Assembly (NCBI GenBank): GCA_964016885.1
Contig: OZ024741.1
Location: 162,564,001-162,628,000 of the forward strand
Length of the DNA: 64,000 nucleotides
From: Eledone cirrhosa
Taxonomy: Eukaryota
Reading direction: 5' to 3'
Both the position numbers and the translations under genes were made by a program. Each line of letters begins with the position of its first letter. The first letter of the stretch is position 1. A model generated the notes under the pieces. That model did not search any database. It worked only from the letters and a program-made list of their open reading frames with translations, and was not told the origin of the DNA. Below are positions 24,379 to 39,476 of this stretch, piece by piece.

Positions 24379-25209
24379 TTATTAATAAAACATAAAAATT
24401 GCAAATAATGTTCAAATTTTTCTGCGGACCACCAACATTTTCTTTCGGACCATCTGTTGGCGACCGCTGTTCTACATTGCATTGTGTCTTCTCTTATCTC
24501 TTTTCCGTTTCTTCTATCGCTACCACAACAGTGGTCTCTATCCCGTCTAGTTGCTTTACACTTCAGCCCAAACTTATCCAAAACATCGTTCTCTGCATCT
24601 CGTGTCACCACTACTATGTCTACGCCCCTCCTAGTCTACATGTGTTCCACTTCACCAAATCCTTCCTTTCCGAAACACATGGAGTTCAATCTTTGCTCAT
24701 GTTTCCTTTGTAGACAATAACTTACAGTTTTTCAAACTGAGATTTAACTATATCAATTATAACAGTCCGAGAAAGCCCGCAAAGGTCACAGACAATCCCT
24801 GACTTCTTGTTATTAACCCCCCCCCCCCCAGAAGTTTATTCCAAGCACAAAAGTTCATCAGACCAGAGCTTATCCCTGTTTCGTTGGCATTAAGTCATTG
24901 CAGGGTTAACTTCCAGCTGTTGCTGGTACTCATTTTCAGCTGAATTAATTGGATCAACGTGTTTTGTTCAAGAACACAACACTCCACCCAAGACATTATG
25001 ATCGTAACCCTAATACCCTAACCACTAGGCCGAGCGCCTTCATTTCATCTAAGCCATACAAACAAACTAACCAGATTTCACTTGTACGGCATATGATGCC
25101 CTCTATAACATATGGTCCTTAGTTAATTTTCTGTTATAGCTTCATCTTTATCCACTACACGTCACTAGTTTATTTTGAGTTACCCACTTTACATTTATTA
25201 TATTATATT

Positions 25210-26220
25210 GTATGTATGGATGTATGCATGTATGTTCTGGTTTTATAATTTTATAAAATTTTACCAATAGAGAGAGAGAGTCGGTTTCTAACATAGATAC
25301 AAGGCTTTCTCATTGAAATTGACGCAACATGAATGTGTGTGCAGATATGGATGTTATTATATGTGTGGATTTGGATGTTTTGAGTTATGTGTGCATGTGC
25401 ATATGCTTTGTATCTGTACATGCAGTTATTAGATGCAGAATGTTTGGAATGTTTTACATAATTTTACTGTTCTATTAATGGATTGTATATGTAATTTCCT
25501 AACTAGTCGTGTTCTCTCTGTTTCTATGAAGCCCAGCTTCTCAAGATTTGTACTGAGGCATTTACTAACATATCCCAGTGTCCCAATAATTGAAGGTATA
25601 CATTTGAAGGTGTAATCAGGGTGGAGTATCTACAGATTTCTCATTAGTTCTGCATAGATATTCTCCTTTTCGTTAATCTTTAATATTATATTGGCATCTG
25701 CCGGAAAGCTAACTTCCACTACTGTGTATGTCTTCTTTTCCCTGTCCCATATCATTATATCGGGTCTGTTATGCTTGCATTTTATTGGGGTTATTGCTGA
25801 AACATTCCACCAATACTCTTTCCCATTATGTATGTGTATGGCTTCCACATTGCTGTAACTTTTAATGCGTTTATTGTCAGGGGTATCTTTTCTACGGATT
25901 GCATTGTACAGTGTTTTGGCCACTACATCATGCCTCATAGGTAGATAACATCTTTGGACAATGGCTTATGACATGGGTGACATCTTCAATGTTAATTCTG
26001 TAGAGTCTGCATTTGTTGTCACATCTAGGTGTTTTGCCTGCATCCCTGTCTATTTTGTAAATCAGGTATTTTGTGTTGATTTCCTGTTCTTGAATTGCAA
26101 AAGCATATCCTTCAAAGTGGGAGCCAATATAGCGGTTGTTGGTCCAAGATAGACTACTTTGCTTAGAAGAACATATTCCTATCTACACCAGGAGTTACAA
26201 TGGTACAGAAAACGTACCTC
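25210..26220 (-). mobile_element. R4/Dong-like 3' fragment, copy 2
   Basis: ORF 25630-25938 RHDVVAK...WWN...HNRPDIMIWD...VVEVS; (CATA)n-like tail. Confidence 0.85.
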
Positions 26221-27019
26221 TGCAGGCAATGTTAGTGTATATGTGTGGATGATTGTACGCAGACAGAGATAGAAAGCATGTAAATGTGCATAATTGTGAC
26301 TTGAAATCCCCCTGGTTGGTGTCAGGGTGTGCCGTAAGACCACTGAGAGTGATGAACCTCCGAGCTTTTGTTACCGCATTCTCCTAAGCGAGGGAAACTC
26401 TGAAGTAAAACCTGCAGTTTACGTGATCTTGATTACGCTTGTCATCGGATAATCATTGAAACATAGAGAGTGACACTCATGTTGTACAAGCGTTTCTCAC
26501 TATAATCAAATGATGCACTGATGTGTTTTTTGCGATCTTCTCATCTGTCATTTTATCTTTCCAGCAAATGCAGGACGGGGCTCTGAATTTTTGACGTCAT
26601 ATAAACATTGGGTCTATTGCTACAGCTATTGGGGTGTTACGCGAATTTGCGCCAATGAAATACTGCCACTTCCATAGTTTCGTCACCTCGGGAGATGTAG
26701 TATAGGCGAGTGCAGTTATGGATTTCCCAGTCATCTGTACGGATGTGTCTTATGTTAGAGTGTTGTTAATGCCTGGAAGTGAGGTCTTGGTCTTACCTTT
26801 GTTGCTGGATTGAAAAAAAAATCCCCTCCTTGTACATAAGGAGGGTGTATGTAGACTTCCAGGAATAATTGAAGCATTGTTGATACGGCTATCACCTGAC
26901 AAAATGAAGCAATCATCCTGTATATACACACATACAGTATCGGCCTGTTTTGCATGTCTCGAAAAACTGGTCTGCTTCCTGCAAATAATGACTGACACCG
27001 CGTGTACACACACACACAC

Positions 27020-27192
<173 letters not shown>

Positions 27193-27554
27193 AAAATAAC
27201 ACGTGTCCGCTTAGTTTAATATTTTCCTAATCAACGCATTTAACCTTTAAGCTAATCTTAGTCATTGACGAACAATCTTTTAAGATTTCCACAGCATAGT
27301 CGCATTGTCAAGAGTTTTTGCATACATGCAGGCATCTTACTTAGACTTAAATCTGTTATCTATAATTAAGACAGAAGCTGATTTGTTACAGCTTCTGATG
27401 ATTGCTTGTTATCTCAGTTGATTCAGTAACACATGTTGAACTTCGCACTCACCGTGAAGTTGTGTAAAAAGTAGCAAGTAGACTTTACGTTTAAAGAATT
27501 AGTCACTGTTGATAACACTGTTCAATAAAGAAAGAAACAGATATTTAATTAGTT

Positions 27555-27705
27555 TTACCTTGGACCTCCTCAGGAGCATATGCTGCCAACGAGTTTTTCC
27601 ACCCATCACGGTCCTGGACTAGTCGCTCTAACTGGTCTCTGAAGTGTCCTAACATTTGTTTGTGCCTCCAGATCACGGTGCCAGGTATTTCTTGACTCTC
27701 CTCCA
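27555..27705 (-). mobile_element. RTE LINE extreme 3' fragment
   Basis: Minus strand encodes RNTWHRDLEAQ and QLERLVQDRDGWKNS, typical of an RTE C-terminus. Confidence 0.65.
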
Positions 27706-28503
27706 TGTGAAATAGATTTTTAAAAGTTCATTTCTAAAAACCGTTTTCGTACATATGTATCTATGGACCTGTAACTCCTCATGGAGCTGTAGAGGTGCTG
27801 TTGTGACATACGGCGTGTCTAGGACATTTTAAACCTGGCGGTGCCCATCTCCTCTCCAGGTTCTAACACAGCTGATTTCATCCAAATAGAAGAGGAACCA
27901 ACCCGGTACTGGACTGGTACTTTTTTTTATCCACCTTAAAATGATGAAAGGCTAAGTTGATCTCGGCGGGATTTGAACTCAGAACGCAAAGAGCCGGAGC
28001 GAATACCGCAACACATTCTATCCAACGTTCAACCGACTCTGCTAATTCGCCTCCTCGATATTGCTATATGAAGTAACAATAATTGTTTCTACTTTTGGCA
28101 CAAGGCCACCAATTATCCCAGTGCATTACTGATCCTTTATTTTATCAACCCCGTAAGGAGGAAAGGCAAAGTTAACCACGGCGGGGTTTGAATTCAGAGC
28201 ACAAAGGGGCGTAACTCTATGCCACAAAGCATGGCGTCCGACCCTCTATCGATACTGGAAGTAACAATAATGCTCTTAAAAATTGTTTGGAAAGGGCAGA
28301 ATTCGCAACTGTCCCTCTATGTACCTATATGTAAAATATCATAACATTTAATAAGAAAACTTCACGGCCCCTGTAGCACCTTCAGTTACGAATGACGCTG
28401 TCATAATCTATAATTATCAACAAGTCTCAGGGATATTCTCATAAGGTTATTAGTGTTGAGATAACAAGTTAACTATTTATTGTACGTTCACATGATTGGG
28501 CAA

Positions 28504-28698
28504 AAGACCTGTCAACTCTCTCCGTCGGACGGGGAGATCTCTCACCCACCCCAAAGTGGGTGAGAGACGTCTTCTCTTGTGAAAATAGGTATAGCTTTCA
28601 TGATGTAAAATCTCCCCATTTTGCCTCATTTCTCCCCGTTTTGCGGGACTTTTTTTCATGGTACTCCCCGTTTGAATTTTTAGAGGTTGGCAGATCTA
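28504..28698 (-). mobile_element. ~195-bp MITE, family copy 3
   Basis: Reverse-complement copy; flanks GGGCAA / TGGCAA (6 bp, one mismatch). Confidence 0.85.
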
Positions 28699-29149
28699 TG
28701 GCAAGCATTAGAACACTACACCACAGAATAAATGACACTTATTCTAGAGTTCTTGTTGGTGATTATTGTATTGCATATCAAAGTAAAAGAATAGATAGCA
28801 TTTTCAGAGATCACAAAATTAAAATTAATAATGATCACAGTCTCAAAAACGTAATAAAAACAATGTATTCAATTATAATTACAGACAAAATTCCACTATT
28901 GAATCATTTTCGTTTAAAAATAAAACGAAAAGAAAAACAAAGAAAGGTTTTGGCACCCTGCAGCGCCTCATACATTGGTAGCGTGTATGTACGTGTACAC
29001 ACACACACTCGCTCACACACACACACGCACACACATCAAAATTTGAGCATATATGACGAGAAAAGACACTGAAAAAACGGAGTAAGCAGACACACGGACA
29101 CATCCCTATATTATAGAATGTCCGCTGAGGATCATCACGATTTCGGTTA

Positions 29150-29399
29150 TATATATATGAAACGCCAGCATCAACAGTTTTCCAAGAGATGTCAAAATGA
29201 ATGGACCTGTTATTTTTATCTAAAGACATTTTTTCTAATTCCATCCCGCCCGTCCCCTGAATCTATCTTATTTCTCATTCTTTCTTCTGATGAAGAAGTA
29301 GTGTCCGAAACGTTAAGACCCTCTTCCTGCTATATCAAGCGTTAACCTAATATATTCCTTCCATATACTGTACCGATTGTGTTGTTATTTCTGTTTGCC

Positions 29400-29404
<5 letters not shown>
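29150..29404 (+). mobile_element. PLE terminal-repeat fragment with minimal hammerhead core
   Basis: Homologous to 51455-51700; TCTT-CTGATGA...GAAAC-GTT-AAGA at 29283-29318. Confidence 0.75.
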
Positions 29405-29462
<58 letters not shown>

Positions 29463-29466
<4 letters not shown>

Positions 29467-29870
29467 GTGCGGACGGTATTTGAGGACACATGTATTTTTA
29501 GTCATTATTTTATTTGACTAATTTTTATTGAACTTCCATTTCAGAAAATAACAATGAAAATAACTATGAAATTAAAAGGCACGCTGTGGTTGTGGCTTTG
29601 AAGGATAAGCATATAGATTTAGAAATTTCTCGTTTTCTGAAAGTTGCAAGATCTTTTGTCCACAAGATTCGGTGTGAGTTAGAGAAAGAAGATGGAAGCG
29701 TATTACCTGTATCAAAACGTAAAAAAAACATTTCAAATGCTCTGATTCTATCAGGACACCTGAATTTATTCAGGAAGTTAAGCAAAACATTGATGACAAT
29801 CCAGGAAAATCCATGAGGTCAATTGCAAAAAAATTTGGTGTGTCAGAAAAAACAATCAGAAATGTTGGGC
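29463..29870 (+). mobile_element. 5' fragment of a Tc1/mariner-superfamily transposon (HTH region)
   Basis: CAGGGTG terminus; EISRFLKVARSFVHKIR and IRTPEFIQEVKQNIDDNPGKSMRSIAKKFGVSEKTIRNV across a frameshift. Confidence 0.8.
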
Positions 29871-30030
29871 GTGAGCCCGAAATATTGGGATTAAATCTCC
29901 ACTAACCCTTCTACCTTTGTTTTGTTTTCGTTTTTTCGTTTCTCTCAATTTTCACTTTTCTCCTATTTCTCACTCACTTCCTACCTCGAGATTTCCCATC
30001 TGCATTGTTGTGGCTTTCTAAACTACATAT

Positions 30031-30065
<35 letters not shown>

Positions 30066-30160
30066 ATGTTTATGTATGTATGTATGTATGTATGTATGTA
30101 TGTATGTATGTATGTATGTATGTATGTATGTATGTATGTATGTATATTGTTTCGTATACG

Positions 30161-30207
<47 letters not shown>

Positions 30208-30212
30208 TTTTA

Positions 30213-30354
30213 TTTTTTTTATTTTATAGAAGGAGCTTCTACAGGACTAGTACTGTTTCATTCAGATGAAATCTTCAGGAAGTGCTTCCTGAAGATTTCA
30301 TCTGAATGAAACAGTACTAGTCCTGTAGAAACTCCTTCTATAAAATAAAAAAAA
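30213..30354. repeat. Near-perfect palindrome, 70-bp arms, 2-nt loop
   Basis: Centre CAGGAAG-TG-CTTCCTG; one mismatch (30236/30331); each arm has a CTGAAGA...GAAAC...GTC hammerhead-like core. Confidence 0.9.
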
Positions 30355-30421
30355 TTTTACTCTGCCATGTATTGAGTACCTTACTTACTGTGGTTATCCC
30401 CGACTCAACCCGGGACCGACG

Positions 30422-30452
<31 letters not shown>

Positions 30453-30832
30453 CGTTTCTGAATTTGTTTAGCAAGATTCTTTATCTGAAATCGTGTGTTG
30501 AAACCGATATTGTTATACTTTGGGAGGGTCATGTTGCCAATAAGAAACACACGCACCAGTTGCTTTCACTTCAATTTATTATATATTTATAAATTTACAA
30601 ATTTATAAATTTATAAATTTCTGGTTGGTTGGTTGGTTCCACAACCAGATAGTTGTTTATATATAGTCATAGTCCTTTCGTCACACACTCTGTGACCTCT
30701 TCAGTGACTGGGGATTCCTTTCTTTGTTTCTGTGCCTCTCCTTTCTCTGTCCTACGCCATTTTGTTTCTCTGAGAAACAAAATGGCGTAGGACAGAGAAA
30801 GGAGAGGCACAGAAACAAAGAAAGGAATCCCC

Positions 30833-30877
30833 AGTCACTGAAGAGGTCACAGAGTGTGTGACGAAAGGACTATGACT
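30833..30877 (+). ncRNA. Type I hammerhead ribozyme motif (mirrored on the minus strand near 30665-30709)
   Basis: Stem I AGTCA/TGACT, CTGAAGA, stem II GTCACA/TGTGAC, GAAA, minimal stem III, CUA cleavage triplet. Confidence 0.75.
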
Positions 30878-30956
30878 ATATATAAACAACTATCTGGTTG
30901 TGGAACCAACCAACCAACCAGAAATTTATAAATTTATAAATTTGTAAATTTATAAA

Positions 30957-31835
30957 TCTATATATATAAAGCTGTGGTTGTCTGTCTGTCTATCGATTTT
31001 TGGCACACATATCCTCTTAGAATCTCTGACGGAATTGCACCGAAATTGCTATACTTGTACATTGAGCCCTAGCGAAGACATCGGAAAAAAAATATTTCAA
31101 ATTGACCCACCCTATGTGACGAAATCGAATCTAATGTATCGATTTTTGAGCATAAGTGACGAGTTATTTCCCTTTGTTCTATATATATAAAGCTGTGGTT
31201 GTCTGTCTGTCTATCGATTTTTGCCACACATCTCCTCTTAGAATCTCTGACGGAATTGCACCGAAATTGCTATACTTGTACATTGAGCCCTAGTGAAGAC
31301 ATCGGAAAAAATATTTCAAATTGACCCACCCTGTGACGAAATCGAATCTAATGTATCGATTTTTGAGCGTAAGTGACGAGTTATTTCCCTTTATATATGT
31401 AACGTTCTGTTTACATTTTCTGCGTGCAAAAATTAAAAAAATTACGCTGGCTTTCTCAGCGTTTAAAATGACATTAACACAATACACGAACAGTTGTCGA
31501 GCCAGCAAAATTTTGACCTGCAAAATTCATCAGTTCGAACACTAAGCTTCCGTTTTGCTTCATTTCCATTTAAAAGCCTTTTAAAACAATATTTTTACTT
31601 GAAAACAAGTCTATTTAAAGACTACGTAAAACAAGCAAATATTTCGTAAAAAAAAGCAAAAATTATATAAGTTTATTTAAAATATATGTATCTGTAAATT
31701 TCGTTAGGCGTGCAGACAGACAGTCGTGCAGACAGACAGTCGTGCAGACAGACTTTAAGCCAAAAAAGAAACTTAACATTGTAACTTTAACACAGCTACT
31801 GAGCGACCCCGAGCAACGCCGGGCTTTACTGCTAG
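30957..31835 (+). mobile_element. Non-autonomous Helitron with duplicated 5' 221-bp segment
   Basis: 5' TCTATATATATAAAG (repeated at 31178), 3' hairpin CCCGAGCAACGCCGGG then CTAG; precise A|T insertion shown by the intact palindrome arm. Confidence 0.9.
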
Positions 31836-31906
31836 TATATAATAAATTGAAGTGAAAGCAACTGGTGCGTGTGTTTCTTATTGGCAACATGACCCTCCCA
31901 AAGTAT

Positions 31907-31944
<38 letters not shown>

Positions 31945-31945
<1 letters not shown>

Positions 31946-32690
31946 GGAAAAATTTGAACAGGAACAAAACAGAGAGGCAGTACAACGAATGTTTATTAAT
32001 TTCACGCTCTGGAGAGTGGGGTGGTGGTGGGGAACGACGTTTCGGGCATAAGCCCTTCCTCAGGTGAGAAGTGTGTGGGAACAGAGTTCAAAGGGTGTGT
32101 AGGGGAGTGGTGGAGAGACATATAGCGAAAGGAAACGGTGCGAATGAAATTAAAAATAAAAATAAAAATAAAGCATGATCAAATACAAGGAATGAAATAA
32201 AATTAAATATAAAAGCATGATCAAAATAAACTGAAATTAAAAAGGGGTAAAACAGGTGGTGGTAGGGGTGGTGGCGGGTGGAGTGGGGAGAGGGAGACGG
32301 GGTGTCCGAGCGGGGAGGGCTGAAGGTGGTGTGTGTGTGTGTAGGTGTACGTGTGTGTGTGTATGTGAAAGTAAGGGTTGGGGGAAGAACGGGGTTGCAT
32401 GTTCAGGAAGAGGTGTGTGTGTGTGTGTGTGTGTGTGTGGGGGGGGGGGGGGTTGTAGGTCGGAGTGTCTGTGCGTGTGTGGATAGAGGGGTGGGGGGAG
32501 AGGAATCAGAAGGCTGAGGGTGTAAATATGTGGTGGAAAGCACGTGTGTGTGGGGTTTAAGTGTGTTGTGGGTGTAGGTGGCGTGTGGGAGAAAAAAAAA
32601 ATTTTTTTGGGCGTGTGTGTGGGTGAGTTATATAGGTGATTCCGTAAGAGGAATATATAAGGCGTATACGAAACAATATTCAATATATTT
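31945..32690 (-). mobile_element. PLE-type terminal region with minimal hammerhead
   Basis: Minus strand CTGAGGA-AGGGC-TTAT-GCCC-GAAAC-GTC at 32035-32063. Confidence 0.65.
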
Positions 32691-32943
32691 ATATATTTTT
32701 AAGCTGTGATCAAATGAGAACGCCAAATATTACCGTTTCAGTGGCTTTATCCCCACCGAGGCAGAAAGGCGGAAAGTTTATATACAGATTTTGCTAGTAA
32801 TACATTTATAGTAATTCGTTTGCATGCAGATTTGACGGATGGTATTAATTAAAAGATAAACGATTATCTGAATGCTAAAGATCAAGCTCAAGTTTATCTG
32901 CATTCCATTTTAAAATTTATTTTAATTGATTCAAACTCTAGAG

Positions 32944-33424
32944 CAGCGGTTCCCAACCTTTTATAATAAATTCCACCTTAATGATATCGCAAAACAGTAT
33001 CCCCCCCCCCCCCCCCCAAAAAAAAAAAAAATTAAAATGTTTGATATCATTTTTTTATGTAGAAATAATTTCGGCATGTCTTTTTATTTCAATCAAATCA
33101 TTTAAAATTTATTATAAACTTTACTAAAATTTACTAAAATAAATAATATATATCCTGTTATAAAAATAAGTTTCTTAACTAAGTTTATTTACTAAAACAT
33201 AAATTGTTAAATCCAGATTTAAATAATTATCAAGTGAAGTAAAATCATAATTAGAAAAGGTAGAAAGTTGATAAAAAGTTGAATATAAAAATTTGAAGCA
33301 AGAAAAAGAAAAAAATTATGTTAGGAAACGACTCTTCTTTTTTATGTATGAAATTTTGTGATTTTTAGTTAATTCCCGTGGCTCCCCCAGTAACTAGCCA
33401 TGGCCCCCTGGTTGGGAACCAATG
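32944..33424. mobile_element. hAT/Charlie-type MITE
   Basis: TIR CAGCGGTTCCCAACC / GGTTGGGAACCAATG; perfect 8-bp TSD CTCTAGAG. Confidence 0.9.
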
Positions 33425-34482
33425 CTCTAGAGTGTCTTCCTTTCTTTTTCTAATCAGAATTAACCTTTCAGATAATGGCTTCTAATTTTGGCACAGCACC
33501 AGCGATTTGAGGGGAGGAGAGAGTCGATTAAATTGTCCCCTGTACTTGACTGGTGCTTTATTTTATAGATCTCGGAAGTATGAAAGGCAATGTTAACTTC
33601 AGCGGGATTTAAACAGGACTCAGAACGTAACGGGCCGTAACTATATGCCATAAAGCATTTTGTCCGACACTCTACCGACTCTGCTTAGCCAGTGCCATAT
33701 TGTCTTTCAGATAATGAATGTTCTTTTCACTAAAAGTGTAATTCTAATTAAGATTTATTGGGTTACCACATTATGTATGCTTGTATGCTTGTTATTACTT
33801 TACTATTACATTTTCATGCAGCAGACGTTCCTGGGTATCACCTTCCCGTTCAGCCATTCTTCTAGTAATAAGCGATTAATCTCATTTACAATCTTTTCCT
33901 ATTTTGAATCTCTCGATTGACAATGAATCAAAGATATCTCTGTGTGTGGTTTCAAAGAAAAAGAAACAGGAAACACTACGATGCAATGTCAGTCATATCC
34001 CGGATTTATCTTCTTGACATACTTAATACATATAACTGTTGGAATGTCTGAAAACGTATCCTTGCTTCCCCAGTGGATGCTAAATAAGCTGACAACCTTG
34101 TAGATAAATTAAATAGGCGTGATGCCTACAAAGCGATACACCAACGCATTGAGTATCTGAAACTATTCGATATTCCAACGCTTTGGATCAAAATAAGTGT
34201 AAACTCTCAACATAAATCTATTATATTAAAGTTGGTGGTTCTGTGGTGTAAAAGGTCTGTCACGATGGAAAGAGCATAGCAAGATTGTATGTGTGTGTGT
34301 GTGTGAGGGTGGGGTTGGGTGGAGAGAAAGGAACCCGTCGATCGTGCTGTAAAAAGGGGTGGTGGTGGTAAGAGTGTGTATGTGAAAGAAAGAAAGACAA
34401 CAACAGCGATGGTGATGGTAGTGGCAACAGTGTCAAAACCCCACGCTGTAACGAGTATGGAAAGGAGATAGTAAGAGTGTGT

Positions 34483-34572
<90 letters not shown>

Positions 34573-34654
34573 AGGAATTTTAAGAAAATATTTATTCTCA
34601 AATTGTGGTTAAAATATTCCATTTTGGTAGATTCAGTCATTTGTTAAATTTTTT

Positions 34655-34985
34655 AGTTTATTTTGTCCTGACTTGTTATAGTGTCATGCATGGGGACCAG
34701 TTCAATCAGTTCTTCATAAATATTAAATTTACTGTCACAGGCTCTGGTGAAGAGTGCAAGCTGTGTTATTCCAGTGATGTCAACGGTCTCATCAATAGAA
34801 ATATAAAAATGTTCAAACCTTGATGATACAGCCTTCAACTGTTGTTTCAGATCACCTAACGTTTCATCAGTCCGTTCAGCAACAGAGTTCCTGGTTAATG
34901 AAATGTCTTTGACTAACTGTGCTTTCTCTGGATAAATTGTACAGTACCGATGAAAACACACATTTCTTTTAAACCTATGACGCAA
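34655..34985 (-). pseudogene. hAT transposase fragment (Charlie/SPIN, GTF2IRD2-like domain)
   Basis: ISLTRNSVAER...ISIDETVDITGITQLALFTR...EELIELVPMHDT matches the first catalytic Asp region. Confidence 0.85.
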
Positions 34986-35217
34986 AAACGTTTGTATTTA
35001 TGTACATAAAATAGTGTCTAAGCGCTGAAGTAATTAATATGACATTAGAAGAGAATTACTATAAACTGACTGATATTTTTAGCAAAACAGCTTGAGGGAT
35101 AGCTATGTACATTTCTGAAACGATTATTTTTGTCAACAAACTTAATGGAGTTTCGAACTCTTATAAACTCAAATCTTTTATTCTTTTATTCTTACAATCT
35201 CAATTTAAATCGTTAAC

Positions 35218-35253
<36 letters not shown>

Positions 35254-35447
35254 GAGAACAAATTTGGTCGTTCTGACTGCTGCTAGCAATAGCTGTGGCT
35301 AGTTTGACCTACCTCCTTCTGCCTCTATCTTTGCTACGGCCCTTGATAAACCTGTTTCTACATCATCCACTCTCATCCCAGGAACAGTTTTGATAGCGCT
35401 AGTTTGTGATTTAAATTCAGGAATTTTATATTCTTTGAATGAAAAGA

Positions 35448-35531
35448 ACCTTCTGACGAGAATCTTTCTTTGCAACGAAGGCCGTATGGTCTCCGTTTTA
35501 TTTTTGGGATTCGAAACCGATCGGTAAAGGT
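35448..35531 (+). ncRNA. Type I hammerhead ribozyme, copy 1
   Basis: Stem I ACCTT/AAGGT, CTGACGA, stem II GAATC/GATTC with long loop, GAAAC, palindromic stem III ACCGATCGGT, GUA triplet. Confidence 0.8.
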
Positions 35532-35930
35532 AACTATAGTAGGTAAAGTCAATTTTTTAAAATTTATTTTGAAACTTTTTCATTATTTGCTAAACCTTGT
35601 TTATATCTGTTCTGGCTCATTAATTTATTAACCCGCCATTGAACCACACTGGCATTTGGTTGGACAATACATGCGTACCTTGGCGCCTTGTGCGTGAAGG
35701 AACGTATATCCTATTACTACTACCTCCACTAATGTTGAGAACAAATTTGGTCGTTCTGACTGCTGCTAGCAATAGCTGTGGCTAGTTTGACCTACCTCCT
35801 TCTGCCTCTATCTTTGCTACGGCCCTTGATAAACCTGTTTCTACATCATCCACTCTCATCCCAGGAACAGTTTTGATAGCGCTAGTTTGTGATTTAAATT
35901 CAGGAATTTTATATTCTTTGAATGAAAAGA

Positions 35931-36014
35931 ACCTTCTGACGAGAATCTTTCTTTGCAACGAAGGCCGTATGGTCTCCGTTTTATTTTTGGGATTCGAAAC
36001 CGATCGGTAAAGGT
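35931..36014 (+). ncRNA. Type I hammerhead ribozyme, copy 2
   Basis: Same sequence as 35448-35531. Confidence 0.8.
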
Positions 36015-36081
36015 AACTATAGTAGGTAAAGTCAATTTTTTAAAATTTATTTTGAAACTTTTTCATTATTTGCTAAACCTT

Positions 36082-36156
<75 letters not shown>

Positions 36157-36157
<1 letters not shown>

Positions 36158-36840
36158 TAGCAGCAGTACCCAGCGTTGCCTGGGTAGATAAAATATCTGC
36201 TTTGATGAAAAGGTGTTGATCTTAGCGACTGCGAGTTTCTTGAAAATCAGTCGTAAAGTGTAGCAAATGGCGAAATGTTGAGTGAAATCGTAGGGAATAT
36301 GTTTGAGGTGGAAAAAAAAATCATATTTTGAAGAGTTAAACGGCTTCCACGCTGTCCCTGAACAAAAAATGCAAAGTGTAAAGCTACTATAAGATGTGCA
36401 ATGATAGGTTCTATCGTAGTATAAAAGTTGAACCAAATAAATTGATTTATGTGTGAGGTGGAGCCGAAGTTTCGAATTTGAACGAAATCGGTTGAAAAAT
36501 GTGGGAGCTAAAGCCGAAAAGGCGGAAATTTGAGCGAAAAGGTGGTATTTTCGAATATTTAAGCGGCTGCCACGCCGTCCCTGATCAACAAATGAAAAAT
36601 ATAAAGCCATTACAGGATGTGCAATGATAAATTCTATTTTGCTTTAAAATTTGAAAGAAATCGGTGGCAGAATGTGGGAGCTAGAGCCAAAAATCTTACT
36701 TTTCGATACCCCCAAAAAGGTGACCCCCTATCGATTTTTATCTGCAAAATGACCCCGGAATAAAAAAAACGATGACTAATCTATGAGCCTGTAAAGTTTC
36801 ATGAAAATCTGTCGTAAGATGTAGGCCCCTATAGGTAACA
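36157..36840 (-). mobile_element. Non-autonomous Helitron-like element (3' end present)
   Basis: Minus-strand hairpin CCCAGGCAACGCTGGG then CTAG|T; internal AAATTTGAA.GAAATCGGT subrepeats. Confidence 0.7.
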
Positions 36841-36872
36841 CACACACACACACACACACAGACACACACACA

Positions 36873-37495
<623 letters not shown>

Positions 37496-37567
37496 TCTCT
37501 TTATTATATTATAAGGCTCGGAAAATCTTTTTCCTTGAGCTATTTTAATTATAAGGGACTATTGAGA

Positions 37568-39469
<1,902 letters not shown>

Positions 39470-39476
<7 letters not shown>

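Larger units (their letters stand above)
30507..31914. mobile_element. Palindromic PLE terminal repeat (264-bp arms, centre 30771), right arm split by a Helitron
   Basis: 30507-30770 is the reverse complement of 30772-30956 plus 31836-31914; same family as 39140-39430. Confidence 0.9.
35251..36089 (+). mobile_element. Non-coding element with 356-bp direct repeats (483-bp period), each carrying a hammerhead ribozyme; retrozyme-like
   Basis: 35251-35606 appears identical to 35734-36089; (TA)n on both flanks. Confidence 0.8.
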
